Shown here: positions 25,726 through 38,717 of the stretch, one piece after another
Layout of the letters: every line of letters starts with the position of its first letter
Numbering within the stretch: the stretch's first letter is position 1
Source of the DNA: Mustelus asterias
Taxonomy: Eukaryota
Direction of reading: 5' to 3'
Assembly: GCF_964213995.1 (NCBI RefSeq)
Contig: NC_135808.1
Coordinates: 24,304,001 to 24,368,000 of the forward strand
Length of the DNA stretch: 64,000 nucleotides
Position numbers and translations under genes: made by a program
Notes under the pieces: generated by a model
The model's database searches: none
What the model was told of the DNA's origin: nothing
The model's input: the letters and a program-made list of their open reading frames with translations, nothing else

Positions 25726-26849
25726 CTAGAACAGGTAATTGTGCAGTTTGGTTCTTGTAGGATACCATTAGTGTAACTGACCCTACCATCTTCAACATCT
25801 TTCCTGTGTACGTCAACAAAATTGGTTCTGAATTATTCAACCTCAAGTGTTGCAGACCTTCTGGAGGCATCTGAATGCTTGTTCCCCTATGACTGTGTCC
25901 CCAACTTCTGCACCAACCTCCATTTTAAGAGCTCTGCTATTGACTGTCAAGACTACTTCAATAGATGGCACTGATGGAGTTGGACCGGGTTTCAAGTATA
26001 AATTGTGGATCCCTTGTTGGGCTGCTCAGCCAGTTGCTTTAACAGTATTAAAATACCTGTTTTTTATTTTTTTGTGTGTGCTTTCTGTCCTGCCTGTTTC
26101 ATTGTGCATCATGCCTGTAAATGATCCTTCCTCTTACAACAGAAACATACTCGTTTCTGCACTGGCAAGTTTCCTGGGAGTGCTCTCCCCACACCAAAAG
26201 CAGATTTCCACTCCGTGTGCTGTACTACCCCTCACTGCTGTATCCTCATTCGAGCTGTTTCTCACAACAACCATTTCCCACCACAAATGGTTCACTTCGC
26301 TGGGCATGCCTTGTTGTCCACTTACACCTTGCTCAGCACATTCTGTCACCTGGACCATCTCTACGGTTTTCTCCAAAAAGATTTTAGTCTCAGCGATCAG
26401 CTTCATTTTTTATCATTGTGATAAGCAGCCACTTAACATCTCCTCCAAAGCTGGGCCAAATTTGCAGTGCTCTGCTAATCCTTTTAATCCAGCTATGAAC
26501 CCAGAGACAGTCTCCACGGCTCCTTCACAGCAGAATGAAAATTATACCTCGAATCATGATGGAAGGTCAAAGGTTAAAGTTATCTTTGACCAATTCCACC
26601 CTCTGGTCAAAAGATTTTGTCCGGAATTCTCTGACCTCACCCACAGCTGGGATTCTACGGTCCCACTGCAGTGAACGGAGGATTTGGCTGTGTGCCAAAT
26701 TCTCCATTCACAGTAGCAGCGGTGCATGAATGGCCGGAGAATTCTGTCTGTTCTGGAGCATCAGGCAATGTTAAACTCCTCACAAGACTGTAAGTTTGCC
26801 ACAGAATGTGATCAGTATCACCTTTCATTTTCCTCTGCTATAATCTCGT

Positions 26850-27155
26850 TAGAATAGAATTCCTACACTGCAGAAGGAGGCCATTCAGCCCATCGAGCCT
26901 GTATGAACAACAATCCCACCAATGCCTTATCCCCACGTATATACCGTTAGGCCCCCTAACTCTTATCTGCAAGCGAGCATGTCTAATCCACCTAACCCGC
27001 ATATGTTTGCAGTATGGGAGGAAACCGAAGCACCCAAAGAAAACCCATGCACACATGGGGAGAATGTGCAAACTCCACACAGTCAGCCGAGGCCAGAAAT
27101 GAACCCGGGTCCCTGGCGCTGAGAGACAGAAATGCTAACCATTGTGCCACTGTAC
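26850..27155 (-). mobile_element. HE1-like SINE
   Basis: Reverse-complement tRNA-like head and V-domain body. Confidence 0.8.
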
Positions 27156-27639
27156 GTCCATTAGCTACAAAAGAACAAATGCAATCTTTCGACTTATTGC
27201 CCCCAACGTTCCACCTCTGGGTCAAGCGGCTCATCTTTTCCTATTAACGGCATTATTAGGACATCTCTACCTGTTTCTTCTTGGCTTCGATGATCATGTT
27301 CATCCTGCTCTAAGTGTGCACTATTATCTCCCAATGACTGACATAATTCTTCCTCATCGCCAGTGTAATAAATTTGAAGATGGCTCATGGTGGCTACAAG
27401 GAACAGTTTATTAATTAATATAATATATACATACAAGATAACAGAACTAATAAACAAGTCTTCTCTTTTCTCCTTAAGGCTCCAAATGAGGTTCCTCCCC
27501 CATTGGCTCAGCTTCCCAGGTAGCCTCTCCATAGGGTCCAGCTATTCACGTGACCTGCAAATTATCGCCACTTCAAAGGGGCCATGTTACCACACAAACA
27601 CTCAGGTCCTCATGAACTTCATCCTACAGCCGTAAAAGT

Positions 27640-28900
27640 CAATGTATTGCTTTAAATTTTCCAAAATTCCCTTTGGTTCAGAGAAGCTTCCAGTGGATGG
27701 AAAAATATTCATTCAAAAGGGAAGGAGACAACAAGTAGGAAAGTACAGTAAAGTTAAACATATATCATGGAGAAAATATTATAAGTTATTATTAAAGATA
27801 TTATAACAGTGTGCTTGGAAAAATTCAGGGTAATCAGGCAAAGTCAGTGTGGTTTTGTGCAAGGGATATCATCTTTAAACAATCAATATGAGTTCTTTAT
27901 GCAGATATCATATGTTGTGGATAATGGGGAACTTATGCACTGTATTTAGATTTCCAGAAGACTAAGGTGCCACACCAAAGGTTGTTGCATAACATAAAAG
28001 CTCATGGTGCAGGGTGTAAAATATTGGCAGGAATAAAAGATTGGCTCGTTAACAGCAAACAGAGGGTAGCCATAAATGTGTCTTTTTTCTGGTTGGTGGG
28101 ATGGAACAAGTGGTATGTCAATGGAATCAGTGCAAGGGCAACTTATATAAATGAATTGGATGAAAAGACCAAGATTGTGGTTGCTAAATTTGCTGATGGC
28201 ACAAAGATCGGTAGGAAAGTAAGTCGTGAAGTGGACATAAGAAGGCCGCAAGGTTAAATGAGTGAGCAAAAGTCTTGCAAAGGGTGTATAATATGGTGAT
28301 ATGTGAATTGTCCATGTTGGTAGGAAGAATAAAGAAGAGAAAAATATCTAAATGGTGAGAGCTTGCAGATCTCTGAGATGTAGAGGGATCTGGGTGGCCT
28401 TACTCAAAGAGGGACATACTTGCAATGAGGGCAGTTCAGAGAAGGTTCACAAGACTGATTTCTAGGATGCAGGGGTTTGTCCTAAGGAAGTGTTGACCTA
28501 GTTGGGTGTATAGTTACTGGAGTTTAGAAGAATGTGTGGTGATTTTGTCAAACCATGCAAGATATCAAAGAAGTTGTCAGGATGGACGCTGAAAGGATGT
28601 TTCCCCTCATGGGGGAATCTGTAACTAGGGGCAGAGTTCAACAAGAATGGATCTCCCATTTAAGATGTGAAGGAGAAGGAACTTCATCTCCAGGAGGATC
28701 AGTGCTTGGAATTCTTTTACCCAGAAGCTGGACCATTATGTTTATCCAAGTTTGAATCAGATTTTTGATTGTCAGTGTTATGGGGAGGCAGTCAGAAAAG
28801 TGGAGTGAAGACCACAAAAGATTAGACGTGATCTTGTTGAATGGCAAAGCAGGTTGGAGAGGCCAGATGGCCGACTCTTGCACCTAGTTCTTATGATCTT
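27640..28900 (+). mobile_element. Old degenerate CR1 LINE
   Basis: VPHQRLLHNIKAHG, AKFADGTKIG; 3' end ggccgactcttgcacctagttcttatg. Confidence 0.75.
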
Positions 28901-29839
28901 GTTTATGACAACTTTAATTTTCAGTAATCCAATGTCGTTAATGTAGCGAAATATTAGAAGATGCAGTACTCAAGGGAACATAATATCAGCGAACAAAGAC
29001 CTGGTTGAAGAGCAAGGTTTTAAGAGAGATCTTAAAGGAGAAGAGAGGTGGAGAGGTTTACAGAGGGAATTTCATGATTGTAGCCCAGGAAGCTGAAGAT
29101 GCAAACCAGATCTATCCCTTTTCAGAGGTGTCTAAAAAAAAATTCCATGTTTAAAACGTCAAGTTCTAAAGTCTTTCACAGAGAATTTCCAGCAACAGGC
29201 CATTCACCCCAACTGGTCTTCCTCCCACCTCCCCCTTGACCTCATCCCATCATATATCCTTCAGAATATCCATCTATTCCTTGATTCCGCACCCATCTCT
29301 TCAGTTTTCCTTTGACTAGATCCATGATATTAGACTCAACCGTTCCCTGTGGCCATGAGTTACACCTCCTCGTGTGCAGAGCACGATCCCTCAAACATCA
29401 AAGAGTTAATGACCGGATAAGTTTCTTTTCAGGTGGTGCAGCCTGAGGGATGAATAGTGACCCAGGATCCGAGGATATCGCCCCTTTATACTTTATCCAA
29501 TAATAGCTATGGGAGTTTTCAGTCCACTGGAGAGAGTGGGTGAGTGGGAAGGTTCTAATGATCCATTTTGGAACATGTTTGAGTCAAGAAATTAACAACT
29601 TGATTCAATGAGTGATGGTAAAACAAATTTCTACACCAAGGACATCTGGAGATATTTCAGACCAGTGATCAAAAGCTTTGTCTAATAGACGTATTTAAAT
29701 CAAAGGATGGAGGAAAATGCTCGAGAGGGTTGAAGGAGCGAATTCAAAGCTAAGGGCCCAGCCAGCTGAAGGCACGGCTGCCAACAGAGAGATTCCATCT
29801 GGGATGTTCAAGAGGCCAGAATTAAAGCAGACCAGAGAT

Positions 29840-30215
29840 CTTGGAGAGATGTAGGAAATGGAGGAGGTTACAGAGGTAGAGAGGGACGTACAAACTGGAG
29901 AAGGTTACAAAGATAGAGAAGTTGTCGGGTCTCGAGCAGGTTACAATAATAGGGAAGGTGTAGGGGCTGGAGGAGGTTACAGAGGTAAGGAAGTTGTGGG
30001 GTCTGGAGGAAGTTACAAAGATAGGGCGGGTATAGGAGCAGAAGGACGTTACAGAGATAGAGGGGTGTAGCTGCTGGTGGAGACCACAGAGATAGGGAGG
30101 AATGTGGGGATGGAGGGTTTTACAGGGGTAGGGATATAACGATGGAGAATGTTACAGAGATAGTGAGGGATGTAGTGATGGAGGTGGTTGCAGGGAGAGG
30201 GAGGGATGGAGGGCT
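29840..30215 (+). repeat. Degenerate purine-rich tandem repeat (about 36-bp GGAGGAGGTTACAGAGATAGGG-type units)
   Basis: Recurrent ggttacagag/ggttacaaag motifs; a related stretch lies at 1390-1500. Confidence 0.6.
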
Positions 30216-31491
30216 TGAACTACTGCTGTCCGTGTGCTGAACTTACACACACATTACTGTCAGGGGCACGGAGTTCCTACGAAACAATCTATACGGTGAA
30301 CAAATTTTCAGAAAGAAGGCAAATATTTATTCAGGCTCTTTCACCATCCCTGGTGAGTTTAGTACCCATTACACCCACCACAATACTACCTCCATGCAAC
30401 TAAAGTTAAAGTTAATTTATTAGTCACAAGTGGCCATTATCAACTACTCATTCTATCACAATGACCTCACACACTCACACTGGAGTCAGTGGGTGACTGA
30501 AGTGTGAACTAAAAGGTCATGTGATTGAAACTGGGTCTGCATCCTTCTTACATCAGAATCCAGCAGATCCATCAGAACAATTGTCAGTCAGTCTGAGAAC
30601 CAGACTCTGAAAGTAGCTGAAAATCATCAAGCAGCTAACTAGCTCCAGTTTCGAAGTTCAGCTGAGAACCAACCACCTAGATGTTCAACTACAAAAAATC
30701 TTTCAACCTGCTCTTCAGCCTGTACTTTACAAGACACGCACTTCAACTTCAAATCAGATAATCTCTTCAAGAAGTCATTGGTCTGCCACGTGTGAGCGAC
30801 CAAAATCCTAAATCAGAGACTGAATTAACTGGAATTTGGAAAAGTAAACCATTTATCTGTATCCAGTCTTTGTGTGTGAAGTTGCATGTGTCAGACCAAG
30901 TGTACGACATTGCAATAATTCAGCGTAGATACACAAGAACATATAAACTTCTTTATTTTAAGCTCACAGACATTTGCTGCTCAACAATTAAATTCAGAGA
31001 CACATTCCAAGGGTAAGAAAATACACACTTCTGTTTATACAAAAATACACTGACTGCAGGCAGGAAGAAAACAAATGCATTGCGTCCGTGGCACCTTTAA
31101 ATGTATGTATAAATATATTATATATATGTAAAATTTATATCTATAAATTCCTGTTCTGAAGAACAGGAATTTATAAACATATATAGAAAAAAAATTACTC
31201 TGCCCAAATAGCACTCACAATAGTGCAAACAATTCCCCAGCCTCATTATGCTGACGCCAATCCTCAGTCTCACATTAACTCCTCTCCATTTCCCCCTCTC
31301 CATTCTCACCTGATCCATCCGTTAGGAGAAACATTTGGAGGAAACTCTTTTTCAAAGAAAGGGGATCTTCTCAACTCACTCCTTCTGTCTTTCCCTGTTT
31401 ACACTGAGCCTCAATCTGATTGGACACAAAATAGGACTGAACCAATCAGAATAAAGAGATTCAGTGAGTCATCAGTCTCTGGCAGAATAGA

Positions 31492-31645
31492 CACAGTAAG
31501 AAGTCTCACAACACCAGGTTCAGGTCATCTGACGAAGGAGCAGCGCTCCGAAAGCTTATGGTATTTGCCACCAAATAAACCTGTTGGACTTTAACCTGGT
31601 TTTGTGAGACTTCTTACTGTGCTTACCCCAGTCCAACGCCGGCAT
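31492..31645 (+). mobile_element. Penelope-like fold-back element
   Basis: 31492-31520 is the reverse complement of about 31593-31621; contains an intact hammerhead motif. Confidence 0.75.
31526..31560 (+). ncRNA. Minimal type I hammerhead ribozyme motif
   Basis: CAU-CUGACGA-A-GGAGC(AGC)GCUCC-GAA-AGCU-U-AUG: stem I, core, stem II and palindromic stem III. Confidence 0.7.
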
Positions 31646-33230
31646 GGTGAGTAACGGCCTCAACATGAGAATTGTCCAATCAGGTAAATACAGCTGCTGA
31701 CATCATCAGTTGCCGGGTAGAATCAGCTGAAAGGAGTTTGATACAGTGACAGAGGGAAGGACATGAAGAACAGCAGCAGGTCTGAGCGAACCATTCAGTG
31801 AGATCACTGCTGATCTGGACCCCAGTTTCTGACTATAAACCATATCCTCAGATATCATTACCCAATAAAAATTTCCAATTATCCAGATATTCAATTTTTC
31901 TTGTGGAGAGCCTGGATGTGGATTCCACACTGCTGAATCATTTTAACATTATAAACAGATCGATCAGATCTCCCCTCAACATTCTAAACTCGAGGGAATA
32001 AAAACCAAGTTCACACAAACTCATTTTTACTGTGATCTCATTCTGGTGATCAACACTGCACCCCCTCCAAGACCAATCTCCCCTTCCTGAGGTGCGGTGT
32101 CCAGAACTGAAGACGGTGACTCCAGACAGGGTCTGAAGAAAGTCTCTGTAAAACTGAAGCTTCACTTCTATCACTTTGCATACCAGCCCCCTCCAGATAA
32201 AGTTCGATATTCCATTCGACAGACTGGTGAAATGGGCTGACAGACTGCAGGTAAAATACAATCCAGAGAAGTATTTTAAGTGATGCAGTTTGAAAGGAAG
32301 AATGTAAACAAAGAAACATATAAATGAGAGGCAGGAGTAGGCCATTCAGCCTTTGGAGCCTGTTCCGCCATTAACTTTGATGATGGCTGATCATCGAATT
32401 CAATATCCTGATTTCCCCCCTCCCCCCCCCCCCCCCCCCCCATATCCCTTCATCCCTTTAGCCCCTGGAGCTATGTCTAATTTATTCTTTGAATCAGACA
32501 ACATGTTCGCCTCAACTGCATCCTGTGGTACTGAATTCGCACTGCTGGAACAGGTAATCTAAACGGAATAGTACAGTTTTAAAGGGGTTGCAGGAACAGA
32601 GAGACCTGAGTGAGTATGAGGGTGGCAGGAAGGTGTGATGAGATTGTGAAAGAAGCATAGACTGTTAACGAAACCCATTGCTTTATAAATAGAGGCACAG
32701 AGTACAAAGCAAGGAGATTGTGCTGAACATTTATCAAACATTGGTTAGATCCCCACTGGAGCATTATGTCTATTTCTGGTCGCAATATTTCAGGAAGGAT
32801 GTTGAGGCCTTAGAGAGGGTGCAGAGGAAATTTTTTGAAATATTATTGGAGCTGAGGTACTTCTGACTGACAATTAGACCATAAGATCATAAGACATATG
32901 AGCAGAATTAGGCCACTCGGCCCATTGAGTTTGCTCCGCCATTCAATCATGGCTGATATTTTTCTCATCCCCATTCTCCTGCCTTTTTCCCCATAACTCC
33001 TGATCCCCTTATTAATCAAGAACCTATCTATCTGTCTTAAAGACGCACAATGACCAATGGCACAATTCAATGTGATGGGAAAATCATATCTTTCATAAAA
33101 CATGGAAGGACATTGCATTATCTGGGTAACAGATGCTGATGTGGAGATGCCGGCGTTGGACTGGGGTGAACATGGGAAGAAGTCTCACAACACCAGGTTA
33201 AAGTCCAACAGGTTTATTTGGTAGCAAATA

Positions 33231-33267
33231 CCATAAGCTTTCGGAGCACTGCTCCTTCGTCAGATGG
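33231..33267 (-). ncRNA. Minimal type I hammerhead ribozyme motif (left arm)
   Basis: Minus strand reads CCAU-CUGACGA-A-GGAGC(AGU)GCUCC-GAA-AGCU-U-AUGG. Confidence 0.72.
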
Positions 33268-33346
33268 AGTGGAAATGTGCTCTCAAACAGTGCAAACAGG
33301 CAACTTGATTTTGTCTGTTTGCACTGTTTGAGAGCACATTTCCACT

Positions 33347-33383
33347 CCATCTGATGAAGGAGCAGTCCTCCGAAAGCTTATGG
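33347..33383 (+). ncRNA. Minimal type I hammerhead ribozyme motif (right arm)
   Basis: CCAU-CUGAUGA-A-GGAG(CAGUC)CUCC-GAA-AGCU-U-AUGG. Confidence 0.7.
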
Positions 33384-33621
33384 TATTTGCTACCAAATAA
33401 ACCTGTTGGACTTTAACCTGGTGTTGTGAGACTTCTTACCATGTAACAGATGCTGACCAGGAGTTTTCTATAAAGAGGGTTATAAATTCTCCTTGGACTG
33501 GGAGCCAACCTGCCTTAACCTGGCCTGTATGGTACTTGTGGAAGAGTTGTTTGTTTGTTTTGAACTGGAATCACTTTAATTGATGGGGAGTAATACTGAA
33601 AAGCAAAGGCTAGTGATATTT

Positions 33622-33707
33622 CGGCACATTTCGGCACATTTTGGCACATTTCGGCACAACATCGTGGGCCGAAGGGCCTGTTCTGTGCTGTACTGTTCTA
33701 TGTTCTA
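33622..33707 (+). mobile_element. Very short CR1 tail insertion with 8-bp TSD
   Basis: tgatattt at 33614-33621 and 33708-33715; tail gggccgaagggcctgttctgtgctgtactgttctatgttcta. Confidence 0.65.
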
Positions 33708-33971
33708 TGATATTTGGAAATCACATGGCAGGGACAAACTTTAAGTTTTGAACCTGCTGGTTTGAGCAATAAGTTGGGAAATGAAGATGCCCTGACCTGA
33801 TTCTCTCTCTGCCTTGCCTCAAGTTGTGTCTGGTTCACAACCAGCTACCAGAGAATCCTCATCTGAGTGTAACCTGTCTGTATTTTGGACCTGCAAAGTT
33901 GAAACAGGAAGAATTGGCCCAGCTCCATATTCTCCTCCACACCAAAGCTCTGTTGATGTGAAACTTTGAAT

Positions 33972-36470
33972 TGATTTGATTTTTGGTTTGATTTATTATC
34001 GTCACATGTATTAGCATACAGTGAAAAGTATTGGTCCTTGCGCGCTATACAGACAAAGCATACCGTTCATAGAGAGGGAAAGGAGAGAGTGCAGAAGGTA
34101 GAGTTACAGTCATAGCTGGGGGTAGAGAAAGATCAATTTAATGCAAGGTAGGTCCATTCAAAAATCTGATGGCAGCAGGGAAGAAGCTGTTCTTGAGTCG
34201 GTTGGTACGTTATCTTAGGCTTTGTATCTTTTTCCCGACAGAAGAAGATGGAAGAGAGAATGTCCAGGGTGCATGGGGTCCTTAATTGTGCTGGCTGCTT
34301 TGCCAAGGCAGTGGAAAGTGTACACACAGTCAATAGATGGGAGGCTGGTTTGCGTGAAGGATTGGGCAACATTCATGACCTTTTGTAGTTTCTTGTAGTC
34401 TTGGGCAAAGCAGGAGCCATACCAAGCTGTGATACAAACAAAGAATGTTTTCTATGGTGCATCTGTAAAAGTGGGTGAGAGTCATAGCTGACATGCCAAA
34501 TTTCCTTATTCTTCTGAGAAAGTAGAGGCATTGGTGGGCTTTCTTAACTATAGTGTCGGCATGGGGGAACCACGACAGGTTATTGGTGATCCAGACACCA
34601 AAACACTTGAAGTTCTCGACCCTTTCTACTTTGTCCCCATTGATGTAGACAGGGTATGTTCTCCTCTACGCTTCCTGAAGTCGATGACATTCTGCTTTGT
34701 TTTGTTGACATTGAGGGAGAGATTATTGTCGCTGCACCAATTCACCAGATTCTCCATCTCATTCCTGACCTCTGTCTCATCATTGTTTGAGATCTGACCC
34801 ACTACGGTGGTACCGTCAGCAAACTTGAAAATTGAGTTGAAGGGGAATTTGGCCACACAGTCATAGGTGTATAAGGAGTATGGTAGGGGGCTGAGAACAC
34901 AGCCTTGTGGGGCACCAGAGGAGGTGCTGTTGCCTATCCTTACTGATTGTGGTCTGTGGGTTAAGAAGTTCAGGATCCAGTCGCAGAGGGAGGAGCCGAG
35001 GCCCAGGCCACGGAGTTGGGAGATGAGTTTCATCAAAATAATGGTGTTGAAGGCTGAGCTAAGGGCAATAAATAGGAGTCTGATATAGGTGTCTTTGTTA
35101 TCTAGGTGTTCAAGGGTTGAATGCAGGGCCAGGAAGATGGGGTCTGCTGCGGACCTGTTGCGCGGTAGGTGATCTTAGTGGATCCAGGCAGTCCGGGAGG
35201 CTGGAATTGATTTGTGCCATGACTAGCCTTTGAAATCACTTCATAATGATGGATATCAGAGTCACCGGACAATGGTCATTAAGCCACGCTGCTTGGCTTT
35301 TCTTTAGTACTGGGGTGATGGTCGCCTACTTGAAGCAGAGAGGGACCTCAGATTGTTGTAAAGGGAGGTTGACGATGTCTGTGTATACCCCCGCCAGCTG
35401 ATCTGCGCAAGATCTGAGTACTTGTTCAGGTACTCCATCCGGGCCAGTCACTTTCCATGGGCTAGCTTTGAGAAAGCTCCTCTGACATCTGCAATGCTGA
35501 CCTCAGATTCAGGTTCATCCAATGCTTCCAGGGTGGAGGGCATTCTCTCGCTGACCTCTTGCTCAAAGGATGCATTGAGCTCATCGGGGAGGGGTGCTTT
35601 GGAGCTGGTGATTTTACATGTCTTCATCTTGTAGCCTGCTATGTCTCGTAGACATTGCCGTAGTCGGCGGGAGTCAGTGTGGCTCGCCTGGTACTCTAGC
35701 TTGGTCCGGTACTGGCTTTTTGCATCTTTGACGGATCTCCGAAGATCATATCTGGCTTTCCTGTACAGGTCAGAGTCACCTGACTCGAACGCCTCGGACC
35801 TAGATTCAGCAAGTAGTGGATATATCTTTTCATCCATGGTTTCCGGTTGGGAAATACATGGATTTGGCTCTTTGGCACACAGTCTTCTACACACTTACTA
35901 ATGAAGTCAGTTACTGTAGTGGCGCACCTGTTCAGGCTGGTTGCAGAGTTTTTAAATACTGACCAGTCCACTGACTCCAAGCAGCCCCGCAGGAGATTAT
36001 CCGATTCCTCAGACCAACATTGCACAACTTTCTTTGATGGATTCTCCCGCTTCACTTTTTCCTTTTAAGCTGAGAGCAGGAGCACAGCCTTGTGGTCTGA
36101 TTTGCCAAAGTGTGGGTGGGCGATAGAGCAGGAGGCATGTTTGATATTTGTGAAGCAATGGTAGAGGATGTTTGGGCTTCTGGTGCAACAGGAGATGTGT
36201 TGGTGGTATCTTGGGGGTACGCTCTTGAGCTTGGCCTGATTGAAGTCCCCAGCCATGGTGAACAAGGCCTCTGGACGTTTCGTCTCAAGGCTATTTGCAG
36301 TGGTGTATGTTTCGTCCAGCGAGGTCTTCATGTCCGCATGGGGTGGAATGTAAATTGCTGTCAGGATAACAGAGGTGAACTCCCACGGAAGGTAGTAGCG
36401 GTGGTATTTTAGCGTTAGGTATTCTAGGTCCGGGGAGCCAAAACTCGCCAGTCGTCCATGAGTCTTCGCA
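33972..36470 (-). mobile_element. Rex1/Babar-type LINE, degenerate ORF (APE endonuclease + RT)
   Basis: [57 protein letters not shown]; (TTTGA)n-type tail. Confidence 0.85.
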
Positions 36471-37599
36471 TGAGGGAAAACCACCTCGACTGCATTGAAC
36501 CCCTTCAAACTTTATCCTTTATTTTAAAAAGCCTATTCTCTAAAGCGCATCACTGCATTGACACCCTGCTCAGGAGTTGGGGGTAACATTTTTACATGAA
36601 GAAGGGATTGGTTAACGGACAGAAAACAGAGAGTAGACATAAATGCAGTATTTTCGAGTTGGCCGGCTGTGAATAGTGGAGTGTCACCAGGATCAGTGCT
36701 GGGACTTCTGCCATTTACAATGTTCATTCATGACGCAGACCAAGAGGCCGAGTGTAAATTTGCAACAGTTACAAAGCTGGGTGGAAATGGACACTGTGGA
36801 GAACATAGAGAAGCTGCAAAGAGATGTGGACACCTTCAGCGAATGGGCTGCAAGGTGGCAGATGGAGTGTAACATGGGTCAGTGTGGGGTTACACGGTGT
36901 CTCAACACAATATGGCCTTCCGCACATTCACAATGGTCCATACAGATATCGCTCTCCTGAAACCAACCTGCCAGATATGAAGCAAGTCCATCCTTCAGTA
37001 ACAGCATCCCACTTTGTTATATTGTACAAGGGAGAAATAAAAAGAGGGCAGAGTGGGAGACAGAGTCGGAGTGAACTGTGGTTCTGAGACACAGATGGTC
37101 AAAACCAAGTATTGGTTCCAGGAAACCTTGTAAAGTCTGTTCCTTACCTAGAAAACGTCCATCAAAGAGACAGAAGATGTGGTCTCATCTTTTAGTGATA
37201 TTATATCAGAGACAGGCACAATATTAATCTCACACTCATCCTCGTTTACCTGTTGTAGTCTCTGCAGGTTTCAGACAGAAATGCTTTGTGAAATAAATGA
37301 TTTTGTGCAAGGGTATTTCTGAGACCAGGACACATTTATTTACTTATTAATTCAGATGGAATGAATTCAGACAGTTTTGTCTGTGGACCCAGTGAATACA
37401 CATTGCACAATGACTGTGTCTTGGAGGTGAAATGTGGCTTCCTGTTTCACATGGTGTGAAAGCACTAGAATTGCTTGTATGTGGTCAAGAACAGAGCTTT
37501 GGCAGGTATTCAACTTTGACAGCAAAGATAGAAACATAGAACACTTCTTTAAAAATGAGAGGTTTGTGTGCACTCTACAAGGAACAAAAAAATCCATGA

Positions 37600-37918
37600 G
37601 GTAGAATCATAGAATCCCAACGGTGCAGAAGAAGGCCATTTGGCCCATCAAATCTGCACCCAACTCTCCAGCAGAGCATCTTACACAGGCCCTATTCCCG
37701 TAACCCAGCTAATCCCCCCCAACCTAAACATCTTCGGAAACTAAGCGGCAATGTAGCATAGCGAATAAACCTAACATGTGTGGGGAAACCGGAGATCCCA
37801 GACAAAACCGACGGCAGCACAGGGAGAACATGGAAATTCCATATGGACAGTCACCCAAAGCCGGAATTGAAACCAGATCCATGGCGCTGTGAGGCAGCAA
37901 TACTAACCACTGTACCAC
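37600..37918 (-). mobile_element. HE1-like SINE
   Basis: Reverse-complement head gtggtacagtggttagtattgctgcctcacagcgccatgg. Confidence 0.75.
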
Positions 37919-38717
37919 GTGACTTTCCTTCAGAAATCAGTCAGGAAAACAAATGGTAACTTGATCTTTATCGCAAAGGGATTAGAGAACAGTACGAAGA
38001 ATTTTTGCGACAAAAGTAAAGACCGTTGCTGAAACTACAATTCTGTGTAGAGCTTTCCTGGCATTTGTACAGAGAACGTTTAATCAGCTGATTCTTGGAA
38101 TGATTGGGATTTTTTTTATGAGGAAAGGTTGAGCAGATTGGAGATTTATTCAATGGAATTTAGAAAAATGAGAGGTAATCTCACTGAGATAGGTTAGACT
38201 CTGACAGGGCTTGATAGTGTAGATACTGAAAGATTATTTCTGCTGGTCAGGAATAAAACATGAGGGCACAGCCTCAGGATATGAGGTGAATCATTAAAGA
38301 TGAGGAGAAATTTCTTAACTCAAAGGGTTGAGAATCTGTGGGAATCTCTACACCAGAGAATTGTGGATGCTTCATTACTGAAGATATTGACAGATTTGTG
38401 GTGTCTCAGGGAATGGAGGTGGACAGAGAGTAGGCCTGAAATTAGGACTGGAGGACTGGAGATGAGACAAAAGATCAGCTATGATTGTGTTGAATGATGG
38501 GACAGATACACCAGGTTGAACATTCTATTCCTGCTGTTACCCCTAATGGTCTCAACTGACTAAGGGTTAATATCTAACGCTGGCAGGCCCTCCTCATACC
38601 CCATCACCCACAGAACTCGCTGCACGCAGAGGGACCCGCACTATCCATCCAAAATATTGTTCTTTGCTTCACCAGGCTGGGACGGGAAATCTGTGAGACA
38701 CATTTTTTCAAGAAAAT

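Larger units (their letters stand above)
22990..26600 (-). mobile_element. Decayed Gypsy LTR retrotransposon internal region (gag-PR-RT) split by a MITE and a CR1
   Basis: KFFQARPVPYALHHKLEMELRRL, KLDDVLIT (YxDD relic), GLLGQEWL..IKLDW at the protease end, LKMEV at about 25900. Confidence 0.65.
33140..33442. mobile_element. 303-bp Penelope-derived hairpin insertion with 14-bp target-site duplication
   Basis: Arms about 33171-33299 and 33315-33443 are near-perfect reverse complements; direct repeat gtaacagatgctga at 33126-33139 and 33443-33456. Confidence 0.85.

Noticed and set aside
25847-26674. 275-aa plus-strand ORF
   Set aside because: It lies antisense to a decayed Gypsy gag-protease region and has no recognisable domain
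31400-31475. Inverted CCAAT pair plus AP-1 site as a promoter
   Set aside because: Only short motifs with no adjacent gene start; not distinguishable from chance or LTR remnants
36900-37330. Possible extra minus-strand exons (donor-like CAG|GTAAAC at about 37250; short ATG ORF at about 36990)
   Set aside because: No recognisable homology and no partner exon; cannot be assigned without transcript data
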